From Marsupella aquatica (lineage: Eukaryota > Plantae > Marchantiophyta): a DNA stretch of 64,000 nt. Made by a program: the position numbers and the translations under genes. The notes under the pieces were generated by a model. The model saw only the letters and a list, made by a program, of their open reading frames with translations, did not search any database and was not told the origin of the DNA. Below are positions 37,421 through 51,215 of this stretch, piece by piece (position 1 is the first letter of the stretch; every line of letters begins with the position of its first letter). The stretch is from assembly GCA_973895155.1 (NCBI GenBank), contig OZ316893.1, forward strand, positions 5,098,171 to 5,162,170. Direction: 5' to 3'.

Positions 37421-39508
37421 AAGGGAGGTTGAAAGACTTTGCGCACTCTCCCCAGTAAGATTTAGAGTCTCCTCGTGACCAAAAAAGCTCTTTGGTCACT
37501 GGCCTTATAGATTTGGAAATGATTGGAAAAGTCTGCATCAACTGTCAAGTCTTACCGATAGAGTCATACCCTCCGTAGCGTCTTCCCCTCTAGTTTAGGG
37601 CTCAAAATAAGACCATATCCACTCAACTCAACCTTATCCAGCTCTGGACCGGACCCTTCAGCACTTACAGGCTTACAGCTCTGAAATTCAGTTGATTGAC
37701 CAACAATAACCCTGACATGCAGATTTGATTCTTCTCTAATATTACCGGTCCAGCGTACTACTGTTGGAAATGCTATCTGCAAAATTTAATTCTTACCAGG
37801 TTTCGATGGAGTGTAAATTTAAGGTTTCTTGACTTTCGCCAGTGGCACCTTGTGTGAAGGGGAAGATGCCAGGAAGATTCTTAACTAATTTTCTAAATTA
37901 ACTTATGACCGTCAGATCCCTTTAGATTTCAGGATGACCTTTAGGTTCTGGCTGACGGGAGTTGTGTCAGTTTCCCTGACTCTGTGACAGAATTGTGATT
38001 AAACACTGTCATTCCCAAGAAAATAAAAAACCTAGCATTTTTTTGCCACTAGAAAAGTCTATGTCGGACGTATCTACTCTGTATCTTTGATGAAAGTCCA
38101 GCTCTAAGACGTTCACCACAATGTTGTCGAGAGTCTGTCACCACAGCGTGAATATGAGCTTGATTGGAACATTCCTCTCAAGTCTTCTATTCCAATAAAT
38201 TTAGACTGCTAGTGAACAAACCCAATTGTTAATCTACAGTTCGTTTGCAGCTTTGGTGTACTCTCAGGCTGTTTTGCTCTCTCGTCGTCATTGGTTTTTC
38301 TCTTGTTTTCTTCCCTTTGGTCTCCAGTAGCCTCTCTCCAGGTTTGGTACATTTTGTTCTTTAAATCGTTGCAACGTTGTGAGGCATAACACAACAACCA
38401 CACCAGATGTGAGAGAAAAGGCAATCCAAAATTCTGAACAGTTCCACGTTGGTAAGGAGTTCAGCATGATTACACTGTACTCTGTTCTTCCTATCTTGGT
38501 CAGATTCGGACGACAGTAGTGTGCCAGCTTTAGTGGGTGTCAATTGCCTAGATCTACTCCTCTCTGCCCAGACTGCCAATGATTGCGGAACGGTTTCCAG
38601 CCTGGGTCTTTTCAGCCGCAGTAATATTCTCAACTTAATTTCCAATCTTCTACCGGAATGGCGTACAAAGTTTCTGGTTCAGTTTATGTCTTGCTTGCAC
38701 TCAACTTTCTCCATTGCTTGTTGGCAGTATTACAAATATTAAAAGAACTGTGACAGTATTGTCATTAAACACAACTTTAGTGGTTAAAACCCTTTTTGCT
38801 TTATTTGCTGCTGATTCAGCCTTTGCACAGTCTTTCCCTTGCTCGAGTAATCCTATTGCAATCAGGACTTTTGTCAGGGACTCTCTGGTTGGTTGGGATC
38901 TACATTTTGTCCTGTCTTTTCACAGGGTTTGAAGGCTGTGTATTTGCTCGAGTGAGGGAGAAACGGTGGGTCATATTGTTATACTTTCCTTGGAAATGGT
39001 TTCAGAATTCACATTGTTATACTTTATTTGGCCCTTCTCCCCTTTGGAATCCTGTCTCCTCCTTTGGTGTTTTCTGTTTTCTGTTTTTTGGCAATGTGAT
39101 ATATAAATTGGTACTCTTTTACCATTAGAGTATTAGACCAGGAGAGTCACAAATTCCTTCTTGCTCAAGCACTTGTACGCACTGAAAGTACGGGACCAAC
39201 AGGTCTCCATGGAATATAATAGACATGAACTGTAAAAAGGGTCAAACAAAGTACAATGAAGGGAAAATTAAAAAGACTTCCAAGATGACAACCACCACAC
39301 ACAAAAGAAGAGGCAAAGGCACCTCCAAAAATACAGAAAGAGGAAAAACAAGAAAAAAGGGACAGAGCTACCACATATCCATGTATAATACAGTGCCAAA
39401 TAAAGAGTGTGCCGGACAGGGAAACACTATCCCCCTAATAGGAGACCCAACAAAGGGAAAACAACAACGAAAGAAACTTCAGAACATTCAATAAGCCAAA
39501 AAGCGTAA

Positions 39509-39750
39509 GAGCATCTCCAATCAAATCGGGTTTCCTTACTCTAACCGGGTGTTACCAAACCAAGTAAAGATAATACAAAAAGTCAGGTCCAACCCAACCA
39601 CTTGAACACAATTGGGCTTTCAGAAACAGATTTTGGTGGGGTTTTGTTACTCTAGCAAGGTGGCGACCAAACCAAGTAAATAAATTACAATAAGTCAAGT
39701 CCAACTACTTACTGTTATTTCACTTGAACACTATTGGGTTTTCAGGAGAT
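39509..39750. repeat. Tourist-like TIR followed by ~110-bp internal direct repeats
   Basis: TAA|GAGCATCTCCAA at 39506-39520; accaaaccaagtaaa...cacttgaacac occurs twice; partner TIR not found. Confidence 0.35.
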
Positions 39751-41122
39751 TTTTGGTTATTGGGTCTCTCTATGGAAGAGATTACACATTAGCCTGTCTG
39801 CATTCGGTTGCTGCCTGCAGAAACCCAACAATTCCCATTTATTTTCTAAGTGTCAAAAGCTTTGTCTGAACCCCACTTTTTAGTGAGGTTTTGTGAAAAG
39901 AACTGCACCTTGGGAGGGTTTCAAACTGTGCACCTCCACCTACTAACAGTGATGATTTACCGCAAAACCCATGGCCTAGGACGAAATCAAACCTCGGCCT
40001 ACCAACATTGATGGTCTACTGTAACACGCCTGCCCTGCTGGACAAACGCAAAGTTCCAATTCCAATTATCTTTATATCTCGTGCCCACATCTTGGGTAAC
40101 AAAAGGCGCGGACATCCTGAGAATGCCATAAATGACTTCCAAGGATCAGTGCCCTTCGCAAAGGAGGATGGCACTAAGTTATGATTGTGTAGCAGATTGC
40201 AAACGACAATGGAGTACTCAGTCATTGCGAGTCACAACACCGTCAGTGCACATTGAGGTTGGTACGTTAGTACTCTGGGCACATTGGCTGACGTTATCGA
40301 CAAGCCTAGTCTTTCTCATTCCACACTCACTCGATCTCTCCTGCCTGCCTGGTGGGTCAGTGAATCAGTTCCAAGATTACATCATGTTCGAGGATTTTAG
40401 AAGGGGAGATGACGAAGACCTCAAAATCTAGGAAGACCAAGAAGTCTCCATCGTGGTCGTGATGAATCTTGTGCTCCCAGTCTCAATTCGTCTATGATGT
40501 GGGGACATGACAATTGTGCTGTACATTCTTGCCCACACGCAACGTGAAGCTGCGCCAACTTCGAGTCATATTTAACCATCGGGAATTTATCTTTGTGACA
40601 ATGAATACAAAATCTAGCATCTGTGGGTGCTTTCTGTGAAGCTGCGCCAACTGTGCTTCTTCACTTTACTGCTCACACAATTGTCGTTCAATGTGCTCTG
40701 TTTCATGCTTCCCTGAATTGAGCATGGCGAGACAACTCAGAGCAGGGGAAACGGCACCTACATGTATTCAAACTTCATCTCAAGAGACCGAGTTTGGGTA
40801 GCGATGCTTGCCGGATTCCACCTGCAGAACCGTTACGATAGTGAAAACTCGTCTCCTCGAGATAAACGTTCTTTAGGAATCTAAAATCCGAGTCATTGAA
40901 GGTTTAGATGTACGGTTGATGATGATAGCGTGAAATGATGATGGGGGCTCTGATTTACCGCACGTTTGGTGTCTCCCTCTCGAGAGTGAAGCAGAGCAGA
41001 GTAGTAGAAGAATTGTACCTGGGTTGCTGCAATCTTTGTCCGCATTGCGGGAGGAAAGAGGTTGCAGCAATCCGCAGCTCTGTTCCAGATCCTGCAATTG
41101 AGTCTCTTCGACGCAAAGCACC

Positions 41123-42090
41123 ATGATGAGCGGAAGTGACGATGGAAATAGCTCCACTACAACAAAGGCTCCTCCTACCCCATCTCCGCTCCGGTCCTCT
41201 GAATACACGACGGCCAAGCTGCGAGTTCTTGTTACAGGGGGAGCTGGTTTTATCTGCTCGCACTTGGTGGATCGCCAGATGGAAGCTGGGACAAATGAGG
41301 TGATAGTGGCAGACAATTTCTTCACCGGATCCAAGGAGAATCGGAAACGCTGGATTGGACACCCCAATTTTGAGCTGATTCGGCAAATTGTCACTCAAGC
41401 TCTACTCGTTGAGGTTGACCAGATATACCTGCCCAGCTTCACCCATTTTCTACAAGCACAATCCTGTCAAGACCATAAAGGCCAATGTCATGGGCACTTC
41501 AACTTCGAAGGTGTACAGTGATCCTCTGGAGCACCCCCAGACAGAGGACTATTGGGGAAATGTGAGTCCAATCGGAGTGAGAAGTTGCTATGATGAAGGC
41601 AAGCGAGTGGCGGAGACACTCATGTTTGACTACCACCGTCAGCATGGCATTGAAATCCGAATTGCTCGGATCTTAATACTTATGGGCCACGGACGAATAT
41701 CGATGGACGTGTTGTCAGTAACTTCATTGCTCAAGCTCTGAGGAACGAAGTCTTGACAGTTCAAGCTCCCGGAACTCAAACTCGCAGCTCTGCTATCAGA
41801 CATGGTTGATGGGCTGATTCGGCTGATGGAGGGAGAGAACACTGGGCTCATCAACATTGGAAATCCTGGAGAGTTCACCATGGTGCAGCTCGCACAGGCA
41901 GTGAAGGAGCTGTTTGGGCAATCGTCGTCTTATAAGATTGTGGAGAACACTCCGGATGATCCTCGACATCGCAAGCCAGATGGCCACCGAGGTTCTTGGT
42001 TGGCATCCTTCTGTTTCCCTTCACGAAGGACTCCCTTTGATGGTAACTGACTTCCGTGCAAGGCTTGGCTTAGAAGGAACAGAAACATAA
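41123..42090 (+). pseudogene. UXS: Intronless pseudogene of cytosolic-type UDP-glucuronate decarboxylase (UDP-xylose synthase)
   Basis: PPTPSPLRSS, LVTGGAGFI(C)[66 protein letters not shown]; at least 6 deletions, several frameshifting; stop at 42088-42090. Confidence 0.95.
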
Positions 42091-44176
42091 GTGGACAATT
42101 TCCAGAACGAGTTAACATGGTAGGAAAGCCTTACATGATGATGTGGGGTAAATCACATGCAATCGCTGAGAATGTAACAGAGCAAGATTTTTGGGAACGT
42201 TCACCAATTTTGCCGTCCAACAGAGTAAATAGTTTTTCGAAAACTTGGCCCTACAGAAAGATTGGCCTTGACAGTTCAATAGTACCTTTTGCTCCTTGTC
42301 CGCACTGAAAGTACCAGACAAATGCATACTTTCTGCAAACTCGTCAGGCGTTTGCAAGATCTTGTTAATTTATCGACAGTTTCCATTTGTAAAAAGCGTA
42401 AAAACTTACGCTTTCTACAAACTTCGCGGTTTTCTCTTACACCACTCGTAGTTAAACAGCATTACTTGAGTTTAGCACATGTAGGTTGCATTACGTTGTG
42501 AGCCTCTGCGTCGCTCCGAACTGATCAGGAGCTTCTTTTTCTCTTCAGAAAACATGGTGTGTCTTCTAAGTCGTAGCTTGAATGCTTGTGCAGGAATGGT
42601 TAATGAGCTTGTTTATATGTATTGTTGACTATGCAAGTAACTGGCAACTCGGACATGGAAATTGTGATGGCCAAACAAGAAATATTCAACATTTTTGTTG
42701 TGACCGTGCTGCGTAAAACACGGTGAAGTTCACCAGCCATGACTTAGGAGCAGCTGGGAGTCCTACTTCAGATCCTACCTGAAGAAGCCTGGTTCTCATA
42801 TCAATGAGATTTCACCGACTACCACCTGCCCTTCTGTAAACGGCGTTTTAATAGCCGAAATAATCTCTTTGGTGTCAAAATGAATTCGTAGATCAATCTT
42901 AGATTACTCTTCACCACTCCTTGACTGCTATAGATGTCCAGCAACACAGATCACTCGCGACTATGATAGAATTACTTTGCACTGCCCAACAGAACGGGTC
43001 TTACAACTGCAGCTTAAGAAGAGGTTCAAGCGACTGGTGAATCATACACCAGCTCCAAACTTGTTCTTCAAATACCTAACAACCGATGGAGAAAGTGGTC
43101 GACTTTGGCTAAAAGCAGCACAAAGAGGTAGTTTGCCCATAATTCTCGAAATTGACTCGTTCGCAAAACCATGTGGCAAAACCTATGTCAGCAACTTTAC
43201 CAAAAGCAGTTGTTAAAACTGTAGAAAACTAAACCAAACGACAATGCAGATCTGCAGAAAATAGATAACTTCACAGTTGCATCCAACAGCACCCCCAAAA
43301 CCAGATTTCGGAGCATTCTTCATGCAGTGCTTGTAAGTCGGCTTTGGGTAGGCATGCAAGGGCTTTTACTAGATATGATGCAGAGCATCACACTTATCGA
43401 ACTTTCAAGCTCAGGTCGACCACATTCATTTATGAAGTTTTCGCTTCAAACTCAGGTCCACCACATTCATTTATGAAGTTTTTCGCCACAGACCACAGGA
43501 TAGCGAAGATGAGAATGCAGAGATATCGTGCCATCGTATATCCACTCCAACTGACAGGAATGCAGCCCGGCGGGTAATGGAGCAAAATTCTTTCGTCACG
43601 TGAGTCATGCAATCACCAACCGGGAGCTATTTGGACTGAACGGGAAGCATAAAACCACTAGGAGACCGACTCATGCGAAATTCACTGGAACGAAGCCAGC
43701 GTCGCACAGAATATCGATTCTCATTTCAATCTCATTCACATAATAGAGCATGATGCCCCAAAAAACATTCGTAGTTAGTAGAAGCAGTGCCCAAGTAACG
43801 AATATACAGATTTATCAGCTGTCTCAAATTTTCCAATTCTGATTCAGATATTCAGAATTCGTTTCCTTGGAAGCTGACGACGGGAGCAGTGGCATTCTCA
43901 GCTGCATGCAATCCTATAAATCTTGGGAGATTGGCAGAAGAGGAACTTTGCCCGTGTCATGGTGCTCAAGTCATATTTTGGACCTGCATATAAGTAAGAA
44001 GTGAAATACTTTTGTAATTCCCTTGTCAACTTACAGGTCCAGTTCTCTCACTGCTGTAAGCTGAGAGTGAGTTTCAATCCAGGACTTGCTGTTGTGAATG
44101 AACTTCGATAGGTCAGCATAGGTACCCGGACGATGAGACGCTTCGGCCGTTCTTTTTCAATGCAGTTGCGTGGTGT

Positions 44177-45103
44177 TCAAAGCCGACGTGCTTGATCTTC
44201 GACATCAGCAGGAGCACGAGCAGGAGTGGGAGGAGTATCGGAAGAAGACGGGACACGCTCTCCCTCGGCAGCAATAGCATCTTCTCCTTCATTCGCAGCA
44301 AGTCTTTCACTCCTGGGGACAACATAGCTATAAAGAAACTCCTTCTCTGACGCAGTCCGCCGGTCCCCTATGTGGTTGCAGACTAGCTTGACGTGATTCT
44401 GTCCCCTCATCCACTTCAATATGATCTTCATGTGCCTCTTGCTTCTAATCCCTGTACTCTGAATGAGTCATTCACAAAACCATTTTCCGGAGGAACTTAA
44501 ACGATTCACAGATGTGTGATGAAAAACCCTGACATTATGCGAGAGCTTAAAGGCGTGAATCAGAACGCAACAAGACTGGATATACTACCAAGAGAGAATT
44601 CAATTGAAGCCCTGTGGCGCCAGAGAGGAACAGGAAGGGAACGAGGGAAGGAGAGAAGGAACGCGGAAAGTTCAAGCACATGTGGAACCCTAAATACCAT
44701 GTCGTGTACACGATCACTGCATTGCTTATAGAAACATGAAGGCACTTTTACGTTGGAATGCGGCCCTCACCTATGCTCGGCACTTACATAGGAGAAAGAA
44801 TTATGATTCTCACAAGACGGATTGCTTTGAAAACTAACTACTCTAAAAAAAAGAAAAGGATAAATTCGCTGACATTAAGATCATCTACTTTTTCAGAGAG
44901 ATCGGTTTACTACAAACAGGGTGTCCACGCACCTCTGCGTGTTCCCAAAAAGAAGCCACCGTAAGAGGGCCCTTTTCCTTCACAATTTCTCGCAGAGTTC
45001 CGGACCACTGCTGCCCTTCCGTGCCGATATTCATATCGGCGGGCTTGTAGGCTTTCTTCCCCTTCCCTTTCTTCGCCAGGAGCCGCACGGCTGTCGCAAA
45101 CAT
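44177..45103 (-). CDS. 150-aa two-exon protein, probably the plant mitoribosomal large-subunit protein mL80-like
   Basis: Exon 45103-44933 (MFATAVRLLAKK...KEKGPLTVASFWEHAE) and exon 44458-44177 (IRSKRHMKIILKWMR...KLVCNHIG...FLY) join in phase 0 through a GT-AG intron. Basic presequence-like N-terminus. Family name recalled, not searched. Confidence 0.8.
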
Positions 45104-45516
45104 GATGGTCCCTCCTCTTGCCCTTCCAAATGTCCTTCGACGAGATCTAATTCGACGAGATCTAATTTCTGTCGGAAACTCCAGCAGCGAGCAGCTTCTG
45201 TGAACATAGAGTTTCGCAGTGTCACTCTATTCCTGTTCCAGTACAGTAGCACCGCCCACACAACTCAAAACTTTCAGCAGGCTTGCTCTCTCATCAGAGA
45301 AGCTCGAGGAAACATCGAGAGAGGGATGGACGAATGTTGATGAATCAGTGTAACCCCACGATGTCCCCTTCCCTCCCTTGAATGTTCTAAACTCTCGTCA
45401 CCTTTTGGCCAATGAACCCTTCCTCTAGTAGGTTCCTGTACTAAACCCTCAAACCTCACTAAAACCCTCCAGAAGCCCACTCACACCACTCTTTTTAGTG
45501 GCGAAACTTCGGTAGG

Positions 45517-45690
45517 TTTTTTTTTTCAAAGGGCCAAAGCCCAGAAACTTTATTAAAAGGGGAACGAGAAACAAGACCCGTCTGAAAGGAGGAGACGGGC
45601 CAGATAACAGAAATTAAGGGCAGCTAGATGGAGGAGCACACCCATAGAGAATACAATAGGCCGACCCACCCAGATGGCCAAAAGAGAGTA
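45517..45690 (-). mobile_element. 174-bp LINE 3' tail insertion
   Basis: T-run at 45517-45526; AATAAA on the minus strand near 45550; 17-bp TSD ggcgaaacttc(g/a)gtagg at 45500-45516 and 45691-45707. Confidence 0.85.
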
Positions 45691-48600
45691 GGCGAAACTT
45701 CAGTAGGTTTTATTCTTGCATTAGCCAGTTTCCCACCTAGCATTTGTGCTTGGTGGAGAGAAACGAACAAGACTAGAAAATCATGGGCCATAATAGCCGC
45801 TCAAAATAGAGCTGAAGTTCTTGTTTTTTCAGGGAATGATATTCCCCAATGCCCTGAATCCAGCAACCTTATTATGTCTATTACTACTTGGAAACTAAAA
45901 GAATCGTCAATAAAATAATAATTTGATTCATATATATAAAACTTATAAAACCTTAAAAATTATGCTGACTCATTGGTCAATCAATCCTGTGTGAGACCAT
46001 CAAATCCTCGACCCTTCGGAAAGAAGCAACATATATCATGAGACAGCACACTTTACTTGTACTGGTTTTACAAGGCTTCATGCCACTTGTGACTTTTTCA
46101 CACCAAAGCCTACACTTGTTACAAAGGTTGCTTTTACCTCTCGCCTGATGGCCCCATTCTTTGAACTACTTAAATTGGAAGCTAGTACATTCAACCTACT
46201 TGGGACCTGCTACCGCAATTTTCAGAGACTCACCTTGCCCCCCAATCCCTGTTTTCCACCTTCACCACCAACTTCAGCTATGCCCCCAAAGCCACAGTCT
46301 AGAGGCTTCACTCTAGACCATAGGCCCAAAAGAGTACTAGATATTGATCTAGATGATATAGTAAGATGAATTGTTTGGGCACAACTTTTCCTACTATCCA
46401 TCTCTGACTCAATACATTGCTCCCTACATCTAGCTTTTTGTCAATCTTGGATGCACATTCACTGGTCATAACCATTTGCTTGTGGGTGATCCCAACCCAC
46501 GTTGTAGCAACTAGAGTCCACCATGGTCCAAGAGTCATTCAGGTGACTTGTAACCATACATTTCTCATGCAAGGACCTAATTGGGTTGATGAAGTTTGAT
46601 GAAAATGAATGATAGTTTTAGTTTTTTAGCTTTTGAGCTTTTATGTGGGATCCACTAACTTGCTTTTAAAATACAAAGAAAAGGAATTTTGATCCAAATT
46701 CCATTGTTCTACTTCTAACATGTCATCCAGATCTTCAATGTGAAAGATTAGTCAAATGTAGTGGCCCTTAAAACTAGCACTGTTTGTCAAAAGGACCGTC
46801 AACCTAAAAACCTATCCAGAGTGACCCTCTTGGACCTTTTGCACTTCGGGCTTTGGACCATTAGTAGAACTCTGGTTATAGTTTTAAGTTTTCAAGGCCC
46901 ATTTGTGTTTTTGAATAAGGAGTCTTGGACACAACGGGCGGGGCACACAATAATTAAGTTGACACTGTTCATTGCTATTAGTCTTATATTCCATTTAGTG
47001 TTACACATAGCAGGAATTAATTAGTTAGTCTAGTTCAGCTAGGTGGCCAAGCCTGTGACAAAATGGTTGTAATCATGGATCTTTTCTTACCATGGATAGT
47101 AACAACTGTACGGTTTATTCTCAATTTCATGTCAGTAAACCCCGCAGTAAACAGGGTCACCATGGAGGAATGACCCAGCCCCTGGGGTCCTCCCTTACTT
47201 CCTTTCAACCTTGCTTTCAACCCATCACACACTGTCTTATAAGTATAGGGTTTGTTTACATGCGACGGAAAGACTTATAAATTTTGTGGAAGAACATTGG
47301 GGTCTTTAAAAAACAATTCCCAAAGTCCTTTCTTTCCCTCTCACGTCTGACAGTCCTGGGGCCTCTCCCTGTAGTTGAATACTCGAAGGGCCGCCCGAGG
47401 AGCCGATGAGGCCGGAAATGGCTAATTTTTGACAATTTTGAGTGAAAATAGGGTTTTCAAACCCTATCTCTGGGGTATACGGCAATAAGATAGAGGTAAA
47501 CAACTGCTTAATTTTTCTTCCTTTTCGTTTATTTTTAGGGCAGTTTGTGCTAAAAAAACAGCATGTGCTATGAGACCCCTGAGACCCAGCCATTTTCCAA
47601 AGGATGAGCCGGAGGATAAGTAAATTACGGTTTTCCAAACTGAGATGGTGGGTATGGATTTGTTGGATTTAGACTACAATGCCTAGTTTATTGGAGATAT
47701 CATTATGATGTAAGTTTAGGGGAGTCGCAAGGGTTCAGAAGGCCTTGTTCAATGTAGAGCCACCCGGCACCTGAAGGCTTCATCCAAGCCAAGTCATGAT
47801 TGGGCTAGACAGGCTTGTTTCAATAGCCAGGATCACTAGATGGACCTCAATCACAAAAGAATGTGTCAAAATATGCTATGACTACTATTGGAGCACCCAA
47901 GCTGTTGGGTGCTCCAACAAACTATATGTGCAAATCACTTCAGGACCTTACTAACTTCCAGATGCCAAGCACTTTTGGCCTGGTAGCATCTCCAACTGGC
48001 CGGTGAGACAAGTGGATCTGCTTGAGTTATTTGTGGACTTGAATGTGTGTTTTACCACTGATTTGGAAGTGGCTAGACAGTGTAGTGGCATCCGTTAGCA
48101 CTAGATATGGAGTTGCTCCACCCAGTGGAAATGATACCCACCGTACATAACTACTTCCAAATGTCATTCTGAAGTCAATGGATGGCAAGGCTGCCCAGGT
48201 TATTGACCCAGATCTTGCCCTAAATATATGGAACCTTGTTATAAACTTTTGCCCCCACAATGTTAAACACTAAAATTCAAACTCAACTCTGTCCACAGAC
48301 GTCGCTCTTGCCGGCCTATGCTTCTCCTTTAATTTCAAGCTCTTGAGGTATGGCTTCCCTTAGAGGTATGGAGCTCTTTTCTCAATGCAAGTACTCCCGA
48401 TCAAAGGTAAGATCTCTCTAAAGTGTGTTGAATCCTTGATTTGCGTTATTCCCAGAAGCACTCCAGATTGACTCATTATCAAGAACTATAATAACATGTT
48501 GCGCTGTTTTTGCAGTTGTTGTAGTTTTGAATGTGCAGAGCCCCCAAAACAAAGAATCTGACAAAGAGAAGGAATAAACCAAAAAACAATTACATTTAGT

Positions 48601-49417
48601 GTGAAGAAAAGACTGTTTCCAAGCAAGAAAAGGGAGCTGCCAAATCTGCACAAGAATGAAGTCACCATCCATGCATATAAAGTGCTCCCTCTACCTCCCT
48701 ATACCATTCTTTACACTATAATACCTATCCCGGATTGTCCCTTCACAAACTAATCAAAAATGGGAACCAATCTTGACCCTTCATCAAAACATTATTCTTT
48801 AACACTATCAGATTGGTCCATATACACCAATGCTTGTCGTTGTGCAGCCACTCAAAAGTTCACTTAATGAACGGTATAATTTGATAAAAAGTTGATTCTG
48901 GAGGCATTTAAAAACAGTCTCCTACTGATGAAGCTAAGTTTTATTGGATAACCTAGAAAAAGAATTGAAATGGACAAAATGAGAAAGGTGGCCCCTCCAT
49001 GGGCAGAATACAGCTAGGAGGAATCCCCTCAGAAGTTCTAGTGCTGCTCAAATGCATGTTTATATCTCATGTTTGGTATAGAAGCATAAAATAGAAATGT
49101 TTATTTAACATGGTATGATAATAAATTTAAACAATTCCTTTTTGTCAATGGTTTTGAGTAAACAATATCTATTCAAAGGCAACGTATACAAGTACAACAA
49201 CTTGTAAGCAAAGACACAAGTAGTCAACATATGAGACAAGTGGTTAGCCAGTACCTCTCTAGACGATACCTCAACATGAGCGTACAAGATAATTTTACCT
49301 TTTAAACCCTTTGTTAGACTATATATAGTCTTCACAAATTAAAGCTCCCCTATCTTTCAATTCACTCTAGGAATCTTTCACTCATTAACTAAGTCCTGTA
49401 CCAAGTATTACCGCACA

Positions 49418-50240
49418 TTAAATCTACAATGCGTTAATGCTCTCCAATTTCCCGAGGCCCCGTACATTTTGCCCGTCCTGGTTCCCGATGCTGTTGCCCG
49501 TGCGCTCCGGCCTGAGTTTGCCAAAACATAAACCAATACTCCACCAGTTTGTCATCTGCTTTGGCTCGATCAACTTTGTGCCATTGACTTCAGGTTTATG
49601 TTCTGGCACCCTTCACTTGTTGTCGCTCGCTCTGGCCCAAGTCTCTGATGCTGCTGCCCACTCCGGCCCAAGTTTACTAGAACATAAAGCAAGACTCTAT
49701 GATTCATCATGGTTGACTCTTATCCAAAGTACTAGGCTTTGTCTGAACACTGAGACTCTATTACTAAATAGGCTTGAATGCATTGGAAGAAGTGTCGCCA
49801 GAACATAAACCACTACTCCATAGACAACAAGCATTTGGCAAAGCATTTGGCAAAACATTTACCAAGACTCCATCAATCTTAACCAAAATACTATGCTCTA
49901 CAACACTTAGACTTTGTTACAAAGCAAACATGACCTTGTTGGAAAGAAGTGTTGCCAAAACATAAACAACGACTCCACAAAGACTCACACAAGGAAGAAG
50001 TTAATGGCACAAGGTTGATCAGGCCGAAGCAGACGAAAACAAAAGAAAAGCGCCTAAACATAAACCCTAAGTTGATGACACAAAGTTGATTGAGCTGGAA
50101 CAGATGACAAAATAATAGAATCTTGACTTATGTTTTGGCAAACTCGGGAGGGAGCAGACAGCAACATTGGGGACTGCAATGGACAATGTAGGGAGCCCCA
50201 GGAACATGGGAGAACATTAACCCTTAGTTTGTAAATTTAA
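49418..50240. mobile_element. Decayed long-TIR non-autonomous DNA element
   Basis: Imperfect ~200-bp inverted arms (gagtttgccaaaacataaa vs tttatgttttggcaaactc; tttgtcatctg vs cagatgacaaa; ttaatgctctcc vs ggagaacattaa); internal gcca(a/g)aacataaac repeats; TSD unclear. Confidence 0.6.
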
Positions 50241-51052
50241 CAAACAATCCAAGTAATTCATACATTAAAGATCATCAACCTTGGGTTTACTCTATAAGAA
50301 TGAATCTTTCATTCATTAATTAATTCAAACTAGACAGTGAATAAAGCGTTAGATTCATATCGCAAGTAGGATTATATACTAATAATCTACACCTAAGAAT
50401 AAATATCTATCACATGGGTTGTGGATGTAGTTGACTATCATGTCAAATGTCAATGAAGGCTTCCTCTTAGCATTTACTAGAATGCCACCCCTTTCTAAGT
50501 TTCTATTCTAATGGCCTTTGCATTTATTACCACAATGGACAATCTTAAATCTTACCTCTTGGCTTGAATGGCTGAAATGTACCGTCTGACTTTAAGTCTC
50601 GGATTCTCCAACAACCTCGGATTCTCCAACAATGTGCAACAGGACTGGTGCTGCTGCACGGTAGGTAGTGGATTTCCCTTCTGTCCACAGTAGATGATGT
50701 AGCTTTTTTCCAGCTTCGACATGGATGATAATAATGGTCAATTGATTCATTAATTCAGCTTGGAACGTTGGAATGGCTCATTATCAGAGCTCGTTGTCTT
50801 CATTATTCTCCTCGCTTTTATCGTCGATTTACGAACGAAGTACGTAGGACGTAATCACTGTCCACTCCTCATGGATCGTAACATGGAATATATTTGGTCG
50901 CTCGTATAGTGAAAGACAGTACACACGACGTACTCACCATACGTTCCTCCATGGATTACAACATTAAATTCATTTGGTCATATATCGAATTCTTCGGAAT
51001 AACTTGTCTATGATCAACAACTGCACTGTTGTCATGGCTATGCTCTCGGTTA

Positions 51053-51215
51053 TGCTCCATTTTCGATAAAAGTTGGAGATAGTTACTAGAATCTTTCTCG
51101 GCTCCACTTTCGATAAAGATTGGAGATAATTACTAGAATCGTGGGGACCGACACTTCCAATATAAAATAGTGATAGTTTCTTCTCCACTTGCAATATAAA
51201 ATAGAGATAGTTTCT
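51053..51215. repeat. Two pairs of short diverged tandem units upstream of COPT
   Basis: gctcca(t/c)tttcgataaa..ttggagata.ttactagaatc x2; cactt(c/g)caatataaaatag(t/a)gatagtttct x2. Confidence 0.7.

Noticed and set aside
37557-38645. Minus-strand exon-like segment with splice-like ends and short ORFs
   Set aside because: No frame stays open across the exon and no recognisable protein
43984-44125. Possible 3' UTR intron ~50 nt after the stop of the mitoribosomal-protein gene
   Set aside because: The acceptor is good but the donor (GG|GTACCT) is weak; not supportable without cDNA
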